Below the pieces are notes generated by a model, which saw only the letters and a program-made list of their open reading frames with translations, did not search any database and had not been told where the DNA came from. 57,468 nucleotides of DNA from contig JALOPJ010000003.1 in the NCBI GenBank assembly GCA_025453955.1, positions 1 to 57,468 on the forward strand, written 5' to 3'. Within the stretch, counting starts at the first letter, position 1. Every line of letters starts with the position of its first letter. Shown here piece by piece: positions 11,297 through 21,617 of the stretch. Source of the DNA: Candidatus Edwardsbacteria bacterium. GTDB lineage: Bacteria > Edwardsbacteria > AC1 > EtOH8. The position numbers and the translations under genes were made by a program.

Positions 11297-12040
11297 CTAT
11301 ATACCGAAAATCCCCATTAGAAAAAGCATGCTGACAACGCCGGCGATGATACCCAATGGAGTGAAGTGCTCATGGCCATGTTTATGGGCGAATGGCACCA
11401 ACTCGTCAAGCGTGATGAAGATCATCACTCCTCCGGCAAATGACAACGCGGTCGGCACGATCCCCTGGAACGGCCGCAGCAACAGAACGGCCAGGGTCGC
11501 GCCCACCGGCTCGGCCAAGCCAGATAGAAACGCCAATGCAACCGCCTTCCTCTTGGAAGCTCCTCCCATGAACACCGGAACTGCCACCGCTATCCCCTCG
11601 GGGAAATTATGGGCGGCCACCGCCAATGCCACGAACACGCCGAGCGCCGGCGTGTGCAGATAACCAGCGCCGACGGCGATCCCCTCCGGGATGTTGTGCA
11701 GGGTGATGCCGGCCGCGATCAGGAGTCCCGTATTCACCATGCTGGAGCGTTTGCGGCCATTTTCCCTGACCGCGAAGCGGATGTGGGGTATCAGAATGTC
11801 CAACGCGAACATCAACAGGGCCCCGGCCGTAAACCCGATTGTGGCGACCATGAACCCCGAATGCTCCTGGGATTCGAATACCAGCCCGAACGCGAGGGCG
11901 ATCATGACCCCCGCGGTGAATCCCATCAGGAAACCGAACAGGTGTTCCCCCGGTTTGCGGATGATGGCTATCAGGCCGCCCAGGCCGGTCGCCAAGCCTG
12001 CGAGCAAACTGATGAAGATGATGTTAAGGAAGTCGGGCAT
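11297..12040 (-). CDS. ZIP (ZupT-like) divalent metal transporter
   Basis: LHNIPEG and AHNFPEG motifs, GLAEP, multiple TM segments. Confidence 0.93.
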   Translation of the reverse strand: MPDFLNIIFISLLAGLATGLGGLIAIIRKPGEHLFGFLMGFTAGVMIALAFGLVFESQEHSGFMVATIGFTAGALLMFALDILIPHIRFAVRENGRKRSSMVNTGLLIAAGITLHNIPEGIAVGAGYLHTPALGVFVALAVAAHNFPEGIAVAVPVFMGGASKRKAVALAFLSGLAEPVGATLAVLLLRPFQGIVPTALSFAGGVMIFITLDELVPFAHKHGHEHFTPLGIIAGVVSMLFLMGIFGI

Positions 12041-12204
12041 TATCACGCTGTCGTTCGTTCATACGTAGATTACACTGAATCGGAAAGGAATGCAAGCGAT
12101 TTCCGATCCGCACGATGGTGTTCATGGTTCGGCGATGAGAAAACGGGCCGTTCATCGGCCCGTCAGTTTCGTCCTCAGGGTGAACACCCTCATGATCAGG
12201 CGGC

Positions 12205-12930
12205 TTACTTCTTCCCACCCTTCCTGACCGCTTCCGTCACTTTCTCCAGCGGCAGCTTCTTGGTGCAGAAGAACCAGTCGTAGCACTTCATGTCCTCCTT
12301 GCCCTCCATCCGCTGCTTGGCGACGCCGCAGGAACCGGCCGTCGGCACGATGACATCATCCCCCGGCTGCCAGTCGGCGGGCATGGCCACCGAATAAGCA
12401 TCGGCGGTCTGCAATGCCACAACCACCCGGTACAGTTCCGCGAAGTTCCGCCCCAGGCTCAGGGGATAATAGACGATGGCGCGGATGATCCCCTTGGGGT
12501 CGATGAAGAACACCGCCCGCACCGCCTTGGTGCTGCTCTCGCCGGGCTGGATCATCCCGTACTTCCTGGCGACCTCCATGGTGATGTCCTCGATCAGGGG
12601 GAAGGTGACCTCGACGTTCTTCATCCCCTTGTACTCGATCTTCTCCTTGATGGTCCGCAGCCAGGCGATGTGGCTGTACAGACCGTCGATCGACAGACCG
12701 ACGACCTTGCAGTTGATCTCGGCGAACTTCGGCTCCATGGTGGCGAAGGTCATGAACTCCGAGGTGCAGACCGGGGTGAAGTCGGCCGGGTGCGAGAACA
12801 GGATCACCCAGCTGCCGGCGTACTGGTCCGGGAAGCTGATCTCGCCCTGGGTGGTCACCGCCTTGAACGACGGGGCCTTGTCGCCGATGCGGGGCATGGG
12901 GATGGCCTGGTTCTGGGTCGCCTGTTCCAT
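12205..12930 (-). CDS. Peroxiredoxin (Prx6-type)
   Basis: FSHPADFTPVCTSE; AGGAGG RBS. Confidence 0.95.
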   Translation of the reverse strand: MEQATQNQAIPMPRIGDKAPSFKAVTTQGEISFPDQYAGSWVILFSHPADFTPVCTSEFMTFATMEPKFAEINCKVVGLSIDGLYSHIAWLRTIKEKIEYKGMKNVEVTFPLIEDITMEVARKYGMIQPGESSTKAVRAVFFIDPKGIIRAIVYYPLSLGRNFAELYRVVVALQTADAYSVAMPADWQPGDDVIVPTAGSCGVAKQRMEGKEDMKCYDWFFCTKKLPLEKVTEAVRKGGKK

Positions 12931-12992
12931 GGTCGGTCCTCCTTGTTGAATATTAAGCTCGATTGTCATGGGGGATGCGATCTACCATCGTT

Positions 12993-13538
12993 TCATATAA
13001 GCATCATGGCCGCAGCGATCACCGTGGTCCACAGGCCGTTCTTGTTGCCCTCGGCCGACTGGACGCAGTTGGTGGTGCGGAAGATGTGGCCGGACGCCTT
13101 GTACACCTGCTTGCGCTCGTCCCAGGCCAAGCTGGGGTCCAGCGGGATGCCCAGGGTCGTCGCCAGCATCGTCGCCGCCAGGTCCTCGGCGTACTCGCCG
13201 GACATCTCCCCCTTCTCGCCGAACGCATGGTGCTCGGAGAGGTAGCCGTAGTGATGCTTGTCCACCGGGATGGCCAGGCCGATGGCCGAGGAAATCAGCC
13301 GATTGGGTTCGTTCGTCGCATTGGTGGCCATCACGCAGTAGACGATCTGCCCCGGCTTGATCTGCTTGAGGCCGTCGCCGCGGGGGATGATCCGGCAGTT
13401 GGGCGGAAAGATGCTGGAAACGTACACCAGGTTGCACATCTGGATGCCGGCGTTGCGCAGCGCCGCCTCGAAGCTGGACAGCTTCTCCCGGTGGACGCCC
13501 ACGCCCTTGACGAAGAAGATCTTCTGCGGGACCATCAT
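12993..13538 (-). CDS. Pyruvoyl-dependent arginine decarboxylase
   Basis: [21 protein letters not shown] with Ser-Ser self-cleavage site. Confidence 0.9.
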   Translation of the reverse strand: MMVPQKIFFVKGVGVHREKLSSFEAALRNAGIQMCNLVYVSSIFPPNCRIIPRGDGLKQIKPGQIVYCVMATNATNEPNRLISSAIGLAIPVDKHHYGYLSEHHAFGEKGEMSGEYAEDLAATMLATTLGIPLDPSLAWDERKQVYKASGHIFRTTNCVQSAEGNKNGLWTTVIAAAMMLI

Positions 13539-13549
13539 CGTGCTTCCTT

Positions 13550-14374
13550 CTATGAAAAGTGGAACGAATCTCCCGACGTGCCGGGACGGACCCGGTCCCC
13601 GAACGCGCTGGTCAACGCATCGATCGCGTCCGTACCGGAGCAGTGGCACGGGACCACCATCGAGGGCCGGAACGCCTGCAGCGCCTCCACCGTCATCCTC
13701 AGCCGCCTATGATCCGCATTGCCGAGGTGAAACCCACCGATGACGGCATGCAGCTTCTCTGCGTGGGCTTCCCGTAGTGCGTTCTCGATTGTATTGATCA
13801 ATCCGGCATGGCTGCAGCCGGTAAGGACGACCAACCCATGACCGGTCTCCAGCCACATGGCCATGTCGTCCTCGATTGGGTCCGGAACCGTGCCCTCGGG
13901 ATCGAGGAAGAACGGGCCGCCCGTATCCTCGTAAGCGGTCCCCCTGGGTATGGGACCCGTCAAGCCGACGCCTGAGCAGACCGTTATCGCTTTCACCACC
14001 CACCGTTTTCGCTCAACCGGCAAGGCATCCAGAGTGTCGCGACATGGGCCCGGCATGCCGACCACCGTGCCCCCCCTGCTGCCGATACTGTACCGCTTCC
14101 GCGTCACTGCTGGATGGCAGTAGACGACGGACCCGGGGGCCAGCGACAGGGTACTATCCAGTCCGCCGGTATGATCGTAGTGCCCATGGCTGAGCACGAT
14201 GGCATCGGCTGTCGCCAGGTCAACGCCAGTTATCCGCGCGTTCTTTTCCACGACGCCGCCCTGGCCGGTGTCGAACAGAACATGGCGTTCCCCGGCATCG
14301 ACCCATAGGGAAAAACCGTGCTCCGCGGAAAGGCCAGGCCCTGGGCGGTCATCGACCAGAACGGTCATCCGCAT
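13550..14374 (-). CDS. MBL-fold metallo-hydrolase
   Basis: [36 protein letters not shown]. Confidence 0.92.
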   Translation of the reverse strand: MRMTVLVDDRPGPGLSAEHGFSLWVDAGERHVLFDTGQGGVVEKNARITGVDLATADAIVLSHGHYDHTGGLDSTLSLAPGSVVYCHPAVTRKRYSIGSRGGTVVGMPGPCRDTLDALPVERKRWVVKAITVCSGVGLTGPIPRGTAYEDTGGPFFLDPEGTVPDPIEDDMAMWLETGHGLVVLTGCSHAGLINTIENALREAHAEKLHAVIGGFHLGNADHRRLRMTVEALQAFRPSMVVPCHCSGTDAIDALTSAFGDRVRPGTSGDSFHFS

Positions 14375-14412
14375 GGTGCCATGTATCCTTGGCGATCAGC
14401 GGGCCCTGCTGC

Positions 14413-14751
14413 TTAGTGGTCGCAGGCGTTGCCGCCGGTCTGCAATGAACCGGCCAGGTAGTCTGTCACCAGCCGCTCCGGCGTCTCCGGTGGCGCGCCG
14501 ACTATCACCGTGATACCCTGCTCGGCGAACAACCCCTGGGCGCGGTGCCCCATGCCGCCGGCGATGATCATGGTCGCGCCCTTCCCCGCCAGCCAGCGCG
14601 GCAGCAGGCCCGGCTCATGCGGCGGTGCCTCGATGTCCTCCCGTTTGAGTATCGTCTTGTCTGCCGGGCTGGCATCGATCAGGGCAAAGCTCGCACAGTG
14701 CCCGAAATGCTGGGACAGTTTCCCGTCCGCCAGGGGGATCGCGATCTTCAT
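14413..14751 (-). CDS. NifB/NifX family Mo-Fe cluster-binding protein
   Basis: MKIAIP..HFGHC..IIAGGMG..CDH. Confidence 0.9.
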   Translation of the reverse strand: MKIAIPLADGKLSQHFGHCASFALIDASPADKTILKREDIEAPPHEPGLLPRWLAGKGATMIIAGGMGHRAQGLFAEQGITVIVGAPPETPERLVTDYLAGSLQTGGNACDH

Positions 14752-14767
14752 GCCGGTATGCTCCTTT

Positions 14768-15682
14768 TCATTTGATTGTTCCGCTTGCGACGGGCGCTTG
14801 CCGTTCGCAGGTGGCGATGAGCGGGTCAATGATGCCCCGCATGATCACGGCGGTCGCCGTGGACTGATGGTGCCGCATGAACGCGCGGCCGGCATCGCCG
14901 GTCTCGGCCACTGCCGGGTCGATGGGGATCGATCCGAGGAACGGTATCCCCATGTCGCGGGCGATCGCTTGCCCGCCGCCGGAACCGAGGATCGGTGTGA
15001 CCTCCCCGCATTTCGGGCAGGCGAACCCGCCCATGTTTTCCACGATGCCCAGCACCGGGACCCCGATCAGCCGACAGAAGGTGATGGATTTCCGGACATC
15101 CACCGTGGCCACCTTCTGGGGTGTGGTGACGATCACCGCGCCGTCCGGCTGCGCCAGCTGGCAGACCGAGAGCGGTTCGTCCCCGGTGCCAGGCGGAGAA
15201 TCGATGATCAGGTAATCCAGCTCACCCCAGGCGACATCCTGCAGGAATTGCTTGATCACCGTGGTCTTCATCGGGCCCCGCCAGATCACGGCGTTGTCCT
15301 GGTTCTCCAGGAAGAAGCCGATCGACACGACCTTGATCCCGTCAATCTCGACCGGTCTCATCTCCCCGTCGGGGCCGGCAACCATCCGCCCCTCCAGTCC
15401 CAGCATGGTGGGGATGCTCGGGCCGTGGATGTCGATGTCCAGCAATCCCACGCGTTTCCCCGCCGCCGCCAGCGCCGCGGCCAGGTTGACGGCCACGGTG
15501 CTCTTGCCCACCCCTCCCTTGCCCGACAGCACGACCACCGTGTGCTGGATGCAGCACAGCCGGGCCTGCAGTTTCTGACGGTCCTTGAAATCCTCGTCGC
15601 TCTCACCCTGCTTGCGACGGGCAGCAGCGCAGGTGCCGTTCCCGCAGGTGCCACAGGTTTTTGGCGCATCACTGGAGCTCAT
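14768..15682 (-). CDS. Mrp/NBP35 Fe-S cluster carrier ATPase
   Basis: SGKGGVGKST, DIDIHGPS, WRGP, DSPPGTGD, ENM..CPKC; N-terminal Cys cluster. Confidence 0.95.
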   Translation of the reverse strand: MSSSDAPKTCGTCGNGTCAAARRKQGESDEDFKDRQKLQARLCCIQHTVVVLSGKGGVGKSTVAVNLAAALAAAGKRVGLLDIDIHGPSIPTMLGLEGRMVAGPDGEMRPVEIDGIKVVSIGFFLENQDNAVIWRGPMKTTVIKQFLQDVAWGELDYLIIDSPPGTGDEPLSVCQLAQPDGAVIVTTPQKVATVDVRKSITFCRLIGVPVLGIVENMGGFACPKCGEVTPILGSGGGQAIARDMGIPFLGSIPIDPAVAETGDAGRAFMRHHQSTATAVIMRGIIDPLIATCERQAPVASGTIK

Positions 15683-16074
15683 GAATGGCCTCTCTTCCGC
15701 TGCGAATGGGACCGGCATGCCGCCTTGAGGGTATTGGATGCCAACAGCGCGCAATGCTCGAGTTCCGGGGGCAACCCGCCGAGCGCCTGCAGGATGTCCT
15801 GTTGTCCCACGACCGCGGCATCTGCGAGCGGCTTGTCCTCTGCCAGCGTCGTCGCCATGCTGCCGCAGGCCAGGGAAGAACCGCAGCCGTCGGTGATGAA
15901 CGATATTCTCTGGATCCGCCCGTCCTTGACCGTCAGCCAGAATTCCATGGTGTCCCCGCACGGGCCGGTGATGCAGGCATGCCCGTCGCTGCCGCCATTG
16001 GGGCCATAATTGCGCGGAAACATCGCATGGTCCTTGGCCACGTCCGAAAAGACCTTGAAATCACCGCTGGTCAT
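15679..16074 (-). CDS. NifU/IscU-like Fe-S scaffold protein
   Basis: GPCGD, DGCG, HCA conserved Cys; ATGA overlaps on both sides. Confidence 0.9.
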   Translation of the reverse strand: MTSGDFKVFSDVAKDHAMFPRNYGPNGGSDGHACITGPCGDTMEFWLTVKDGRIQRISFITDGCGSSLACGSMATTLAEDKPLADAAVVGQQDILQALGGLPPELEHCALLASNTLKAACRSHSQRKRGHS

Positions 16075-16982
16075 CGAGCCCTCTCCTCTCTGATCCCGAT
16101 GGCAGCCCATACGTTCCGGATGTCCTCTGCGCTGGGCGCGGCGGTCTCGATCACTGCCCGTCCTTCGATCTGCGCGGCGGTCACCGCGTGGTCGTACCGT
16201 ATCCGACCCGCGACCGTGGCCCCGGCTTGCCGCGCCCTGCCCTCGATGCGTTCCGACATGCCGGGATTCAGGTCCCACTTGTTGACGCAAACCGCGGTTG
16301 GGATGCAGAAATGCCTCGTCAAAGCCAGCACCCGGTCCAGGTCGTGCTCGCCCGAGACGGTGGGTTCGGTCACCACCAGGGCCTGGGTTGCTCCGGTCAG
16401 CGAGGCGATCACCGGGCAGCCGATGCCCGGCGGGCCATCCGTAATGATGACGGTTTTCCCGGCCTCCTGGGCCAGTATCCGGGCACGGCCCCGGACCAGC
16501 GACACCAGTTTCCCGGAGTTCTCGGCGGCCACGCCCAGCCGGGCATGCACCATCGGCCCGCAGCGGGTGTCCGACACGTACCATTCCCCATTGACCGTGG
16601 GGGCGAAGTCGATGGCCTGCTCGGCACAAAATCGCACACAAACACCACAGCCCTCGCAGGCGATGGGATCGATGCGGAAGGTTTTCGCCACCCGGCCGTT
16701 GCCGCAGCCGTCGAAGGAGATGGCATCGTAGCGGCACAGCTCTTCGCATTTGCCGCAGGCGATGCAGTGTCCGGCCCGGATGCGCGCCTTGCCGCCGCCG
16801 ATGAACTGGTGTTTCTCGACGATGCCGGGTTGCAGCACCAAATGCAGGTCCGCGGCGTCGACATCGCAATCCGCGATGACCACGCTGCCCGCCAGCACCG
16901 CGAATGAGGCTGCCAGGCTGGTCTTCCCGGTCCCGCCCTTTCCGCTGATGATGACAAGTTCCGCTGTCCGCCCGTCGTTCAC
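16071..16982 (-). CDS. MinD/ParA-family ATPase with inserted 2x[4Fe-4S] domain
   Basis: SGKGGTGKT, DCDVDAADL, two ferredoxin motifs, ENSGKLV, DGPPGIGCP. Confidence 0.93.
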   Translation of the reverse strand: MNDGRTAELVIISGKGGTGKTSLAASFAVLAGSVVIADCDVDAADLHLVLQPGIVEKHQFIGGGKARIRAGHCIACGKCEELCRYDAISFDGCGNGRVAKTFRIDPIACEGCGVCVRFCAEQAIDFAPTVNGEWYVSDTRCGPMVHARLGVAAENSGKLVSLVRGRARILAQEAGKTVIITDGPPGIGCPVIASLTGATQALVVTEPTVSGEHDLDRVLALTRHFCIPTAVCVNKWDLNPGMSERIEGRARQAGATVAGRIRYDHAVTAAQIEGRAVIETAAPSAEDIRNVWAAIGIREERAR

Positions 16983-17650
16983 CGCGTTCCTCCCTGCTTC
17001 ATCAGCACCATCACATCGTGCATGTGCCCGCAGTTTCTGATTCCGGCACCAACACCCATGTCCCGCAGCATCGCCGCCGCCTGTTCGATGGTGACGCCAC
17101 TAACCGGATGTTGTCCACCACCGGCCCGGTGGACCGACTCGACCAGCTTGAACCCTTCGGCCGAGAATTCCGCCAGGATGTATACGCCTGACGGTTTCAG
17201 CACCCGGACGGCCTCCGACAGCACCGGGCGCGGATCCGGCAGGTGATGCAGCACGTCCATCATCGCCACGCATCCGAACATCCCGTCTGAAAACGGCAGG
17301 GACGCCGCGGTGCCATGGATGAACCTGATCGACCGCGACATGCCGGCCTCTGCTGCCAGCATCTCGGCCAGCTCGCGTTCCAGAAGATCGATGTCGACGG
17401 AAATCACTTCCACCCTACGTCTGGCGAGTGCGATGGCGGTCAGGCCGCGTCCGGTGCCGATATCCAAGACCGGGCCGGTCAGCGGACCAGCGGCTGCGGC
17501 GACGAAATCCGAGGCGGCGAACCGGTCGTGCCCGGCGCGGAGGTACTGTTCGGTCCGGGCGTCGAACGCTGCCCGGCGCTCCCTCAGACCGGACGATCCC
17601 GTGAGCGGAATAGTCCCTGTCAACGGAACCGGTGTTCGATCAACGAGCAT
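16979..17650 (-). CDS. Class I SAM-dependent methyltransferase (start uncertain)
   Basis: VLDIGTGRG, LPFSDG, LHH, RVLKPSG. Confidence 0.85.
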   Translation of the reverse strand: MLVDRTPVPLTGTIPLTGSSGLRERRAAFDARTEQYLRAGHDRFAASDFVAAAAGPLTGPVLDIGTGRGLTAIALARRRVEVISVDIDLLERELAEMLAAEAGMSRSIRFIHGTAASLPFSDGMFGCVAMMDVLHHLPDPRPVLSEAVRVLKPSGVYILAEFSAEGFKLVESVHRAGGGQHPVSGVTIEQAAAMLRDMGVGAGIRNCGHMHDVMVLMKQGGTR

Positions 17651-18821
17651 CGAACGCCTGCTGCAGGTCGGCGATCTGGTCCGCGACATCCTCGATCCCA
17701 ACCGAGAGACGGACCAGCCCGTCGCTGATTCCGATGGCCTCGCGTTCGGCCCGCGGAATCCCGGCATGGGTCATCGACGCCGGGTGCTCGATCAACGTCT
17801 CCACGCCGCCCAGCGAGACCGCCAGCGCGGCGAGATGCACCCGGTCCATCAACTTCCGGCCGGCATCCAGGCCCCCGCGCATCTCGAAACTGATCATCGA
17901 TCCGGGACCGCGCATCTGGCGTTTGGCCAATTCATACTGCGGATGGGACGGCAGGCCGATGTACCGGACCCAGGCGATCTCCGGCCGCTTCGTCAACCAG
18001 TCGGCGACTTCCTGTGCGTTCTGTTGGGCCTGCTCCACCCGCAGCGACAGGGTCTTGATGCCGCGGTGTACCAGGAATGCCTGGTGGGGGTCCATGTTGC
18101 AGCCCGTGGTCACCATGGCGTCCCGCAACCGGGCATACGTCTCCTTGCCCCCGGCGACCAGGATGCCGCCCACCAGATCGGCATGGCCGTTGACATACTT
18201 GGTGACGGAGTGCAGCACCACGTCCGCCCCGAGCAGCAACGGGTTCTGCAGGCAGGGGGACGCGAACGTGCTGTCCACCACCAGCACCGCGCCGTGCGAG
18301 TGGGCGATCTCGGCGGCAGCCTGGATGTCGGTGAGTTGCATCATGGGATTGGACGGGGTCTCGATGTAGACCATCTTGGTTTCCGGCCGCAGCGCCTTGA
18401 TGACGTTGGCGGTGTCCGAGGTGTCCACGTAGGTCGAGGCGACCCCGAAACGGGAGAAGTGCCGCTCCATCAGCAGCCGGGACGGCCCGTAGACCGAGGC
18501 GGTGCTGACCACATGGTCCCCCTGGCTCAGCAGGGCGAAATACGCCGTCATCACCGCGGCCATGCCGGAACTGGTCGCGACGCCGCCGACGCCGTGCTCG
18601 AGTTCGGCCACGCATTTTTCCAGCGCGTCGACGGTGGGGTTCCCGATCCTGGTGTAGATGTACCCCTCGGCCTTCTTGGCGAACCGGTCAGCGCCATTCT
18701 GCGCGTTCTCGAACGCGAACGTCGACGTCTGGTAGATCGGCGTCACGACGCTGCCGTAGGCGTCAGCCGCCATGCCGGCGTGCACCAGTTTCGTGTTCGT
18801 CCCCTTGTCGGCGGTATGCAT
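17640..18821 (-). CDS. PLP-dependent Cys/Met transsulfuration enzyme (cystathionine/methionine gamma-lyase family)
   Basis: PIYQTSTF, YTRIGNPT, SSGMAA, ETPSNP, HSVTKY, VSLGGVETL, RLSVGIE. Confidence 0.93.
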   Translation of the reverse strand: MHTADKGTNTKLVHAGMAADAYGSVVTPIYQTSTFAFENAQNGADRFAKKAEGYIYTRIGNPTVDALEKCVAELEHGVGGVATSSGMAAVMTAYFALLSQGDHVVSTASVYGPSRLLMERHFSRFGVASTYVDTSDTANVIKALRPETKMVYIETPSNPMMQLTDIQAAAEIAHSHGAVLVVDSTFASPCLQNPLLLGADVVLHSVTKYVNGHADLVGGILVAGGKETYARLRDAMVTTGCNMDPHQAFLVHRGIKTLSLRVEQAQQNAQEVADWLTKRPEIAWVRYIGLPSHPQYELAKRQMRGPGSMISFEMRGGLDAGRKLMDRVHLAALAVSLGGVETLIEHPASMTHAGIPRAEREAIGISDGLVRLSVGIEDVADQIADLQQAFDAR

Positions 18822-18886
18822 CACGTTCCCATCCTTCCTATGATTATTTGACTGTTTCGTTTGCGATAGATTCATGGACACATCGT

Positions 18887-19147
18887 TCATTCGTCACATG
18901 ACGGCTTGCCGCACCGCTGGTCCCTGCCGCAGCAGGTCCTGCCGGTCGTTTCCAGCGAGCAGCCGCCGGTTTTACGCCGTGAGGTGTCACCCCCGCCGCC
19001 CTTGAGGATAAAACCGACGCCCCCGCTGATGAGCCGGGTAACCTGACCACCGCACTCCGGGCATTGGGTCAACGCTTTCTCCGATATGGCCTGTTGCCGG
19101 GCGATTCTTTTACCGCATGAGGAGCATTCGTATTCGTATGTGGGCAT
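18887..19147 (-). CDS. FmdB-family zinc-ribbon protein with Cys-rich tail
   Basis: MPTYEYECSSCG..CPECGG..GFILKG. Confidence 0.9.
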   Translation of the reverse strand: MPTYEYECSSCGKRIARQQAISEKALTQCPECGGQVTRLISGGVGFILKGGGGDTSRRKTGGCSLETTGRTCCGRDQRCGKPSCDE

Positions 19148-19230
19148 TTTCACGTCTTTCTGTCGCTGATGGAATTGTCCGGTTGGACACTCGGCAAAGA
19201 TCTACTACCACACCTCGCTGTGGCCGTCCC

Positions 19231-19986
19231 TTACTGGTCGCGAAAGCACCACCGCTCGCGTCCCATCAGTCCGCAAAATCCGGCGGCGGTGATTCCGTAG
19301 AGCACGAGCCTCTTCCCTGCACTGCTCGTCAAGTGCATAATTTCATCGTACGTTCCGTTTACTAGCGTCGTGCCGGTGGCGATGATCAAATCCGAAGATC
19401 GGATCAATTCAGCGGTCTTGGCCCTTCCGTCCCAAATCCGGACCCCGGACCGTTGCCTGCCGATGCTGTTTGGATTAAGGTCGGTCATCAATACATTGAT
19501 CGTCCCGAATTCTTGGATCAACGCGTCGGCGATTGCGGGATTCAACCCGATCAGGCCGATTGTTCGTATCCCAAGACGTCGGGCCGAGGCGGCGATCTCT
19601 GTTGCGCAGAGCTCGGGGGATTCATCCTTACAGTGGGTGGTCCCTTCGACGATGCCCAGCCGCTCCAATACTGCGTTGGACACCGCCAGGAAGATCGCCC
19701 GATCACTGGCGGCCGTAAGCGCCATGGACATTACCTCATCCAGCCTACCCATGTAGTTGACTGGCGAATCGGTAAACGCCTGCCCTCTGGACCCGGAAAC
19801 CTCCGCCTCGATGACGCGCTCCTTCCCCTCGATAATCGGATAATCCCTGCGCAAGGGGTCACCGATGGCCTCCTGGGGCGTCAGCGGCTTGACCGTGACC
19901 AGCACTTCGGCATCGTTCAGCGCGTGGCTGTCGACCACCGCCCGGAGTTTCTCTCGGAACAACTCGATGGCGGCCGGTCCGTTCAC
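19231..19986 (-). CDS. DUF364-like Rossmann-like protein (putative heavy-metal chelation)
   Basis: EAIGDP..DYPI..GKE..GQAFTD, TGTTLVNGT; GTG start overlaps upstream stop. Confidence 0.7.
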   Translation of the reverse strand: MNGPAAIELFREKLRAVVDSHALNDAEVLVTVKPLTPQEAIGDPLRRDYPIIEGKERVIEAEVSGSRGQAFTDSPVNYMGRLDEVMSMALTAASDRAIFLAVSNAVLERLGIVEGTTHCKDESPELCATEIAASARRLGIRTIGLIGLNPAIADALIQEFGTINVLMTDLNPNSIGRQRSGVRIWDGRAKTAELIRSSDLIIATGTTLVNGTYDEIMHLTSSAGKRLVLYGITAAGFCGLMGRERWCFRDQ

Positions 19987-20774
19987 GGCATGCCCTTCAA
20001 CCCGGTGATGATGAACTGGGCAGACACCCACAGGAACACCAGGCCGAAGAGCAGCATCAACATTCGCGACGGTGCCCGGTGGTTGATGACGGCCCCCAGT
20101 TGCGATCCGGCCAGGCATCCCAGGCAGATCGGCACGGCCGGGCCCGGATCGACGTAGCCTTGGGCGTATTTGATCCCTGCGCTGATGAAGGCATTGGCGC
20201 AGAAACAGACGAGCGCGGAGCCGATCGCAACCTTGACGGGATTCCCGAAGAAATACCGGAAGGCGGGCACCAGAACCGCACCGGTGCCGATCCCAAACAG
20301 GCCGGGCAGAATGCCGGCGATCCCGCCCAAGACAACCTTGCCGGCCGCCGTGCCGTGGATCGTCCCCGTCGACAGCATATCATCGGGAACATCGTTCTTT
20401 TTCGACACAATATCCCAGATTATGCGCAAAGACAGTATTGAAAAAACACAACCGATGCCGAGGTCAAGCCAATGCCCACGCCTAGCTAATTGGAGAAAAA
20501 GAATCGAAAAGAAAAGGGTCGATACGGCTCCGCTGATGATCACCGGCAATAAACCTCGAAGGGGCACGTGCCCCAGGCGATAATGCTTGATTCCGCCGCC
20601 CAAAGTCGTGAAGAACACCGCAGCGACCGTGGTCCCGGCCGCGGCAGCGGGCGAAAGACCGATAAAAAATCGCAGGACCGGCATCAGGATGATGCCGCCG
20701 CCGATGCCCAGCAATCCCCCCAGCAGGCCGGCGGAGAACCCGATGATCAATAGAACAAGCCAGGTATCAGCCAT
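19983..20774 (-). CDS. Sulfite exporter TauE/SafE (TSUP) family permease
   Basis: GLLGIGGG and GLFGIGTG internal repeats, highly hydrophobic. Confidence 0.9.
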   Translation of the reverse strand: MADTWLVLLIIGFSAGLLGGLLGIGGGIILMPVLRFFIGLSPAAAAGTTVAAVFFTTLGGGIKHYRLGHVPLRGLLPVIISGAVSTLFFSILFLQLARRGHWLDLGIGCVFSILSLRIIWDIVSKKNDVPDDMLSTGTIHGTAAGKVVLGGIAGILPGLFGIGTGAVLVPAFRYFFGNPVKVAIGSALVCFCANAFISAGIKYAQGYVDPGPAVPICLGCLAGSQLGAVINHRAPSRMLMLLFGLVFLWVSAQFIITGLKGMP

Positions 20775-20783
20775 ATCCTGACC

Positions 20784-21617
20784 TCAGATCCCTGTTCGTA
20801 TCGACTGCCACAACCGGGTGAATACGGTCCGGTAGTCGGGCAGCGCGTCGACCATCAGCTCGCCACGGGAGTAGGCCTCGGCGATCCGCCGGTCGTCGGG
20901 GATCTCGGCCAGGATGGGGATACCCTGCTCCCGGCAGTACGCCTGCCCCCGGTCGTCTCCGGAACCCGCCCGGTTGACGACCACTCCGAACGGCAGTTTT
21001 AATTCCCGGACCAGATCCACGGCCAACGTCAGGTCATGCAGGCCGAAAGGAGTCGGCTCGGTGACCAGCAGCACGTACTGAGCGCCCCGGAGTGTGGCGA
21101 CTACCGAACAGGACGTTCCCGGCGGCGCGTCCAGTATCGCCGGTCGGTCAGCCGCCAGACGGGACTTGACCGCGCGGATCAGCGGCGGCACCAGGGATAC
21201 GCCGACGTCCAGCCGCCCCTGCACCAGCGTGATGTCGCCGGCATCCACGGTCTCGACGACCCCGATCCGGCGCTCGGCCTCGCTGACCGCCTGCTTCGGG
21301 CAGACCAGAACGCACCCGCCGCAGCCATGGCACAGCTCCGCAAAGACCATGGGCACCGGCTTGACCGCGGCGATGGCATGGTACTGGCAGAAACGGCCGC
21401 ACTCGCCGCAGCAATCGCATTTCGCCGCGTCGATCTCCGGGACCATGGTGGAAATGATATGCTGCTCCCGCAGCGTACCGGGCAGGAACAAGTGGGCGTT
21501 CGGTTCCTCGACGTCGCAGTCGGCCACCTGAACCGGTGATCCCAGCGTGCGGGCCAGATTCACGGCAATAGTGGTCTTGCCGGTGCCCCCCTTGCCCGAA
21601 GCTACCGCGAGAATCAT
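20784..21617 (-). CDS. MinD/ParA-family ATPase with inserted 2x[4Fe-4S] domain (second paralog)
   Basis: ASGKGGTGKT, DCDVEEPN, DAPPGTSC, EPTPFGLHDL. Confidence 0.93.
   Translation of the reverse strand: MILAVASGKGGTGKTTIAVNLARTLGSPVQVADCDVEEPNAHLFLPGTLREQHIISTMVPEIDAAKCDCCGECGRFCQYHAIAAVKPVPMVFAELCHGCGGCVLVCPKQAVSEAERRIGVVETVDAGDITLVQGRLDVGVSLVPPLIRAVKSRLAADRPAILDAPPGTSCSVVATLRGAQYVLLVTEPTPFGLHDLTLAVDLVRELKLPFGVVVNRAGSGDDRGQAYCREQGIPILAEIPDDRRIAEAYSRGELMVDALPDYRTVFTRLWQSIRTGI

Noticed and set aside
14752-16074. Selenocysteine read-through or frameshift fusion of NifU-Mrp-NifX
   Set aside because: The TGA stops are not at Cys positions, and the next genes have their own RBS or ATGA coupling.
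17640-18821. Specific call as methionine gamma-lyase
   Set aside because: It has YGPS where typical MGL has YGC, so the call was kept at family level.
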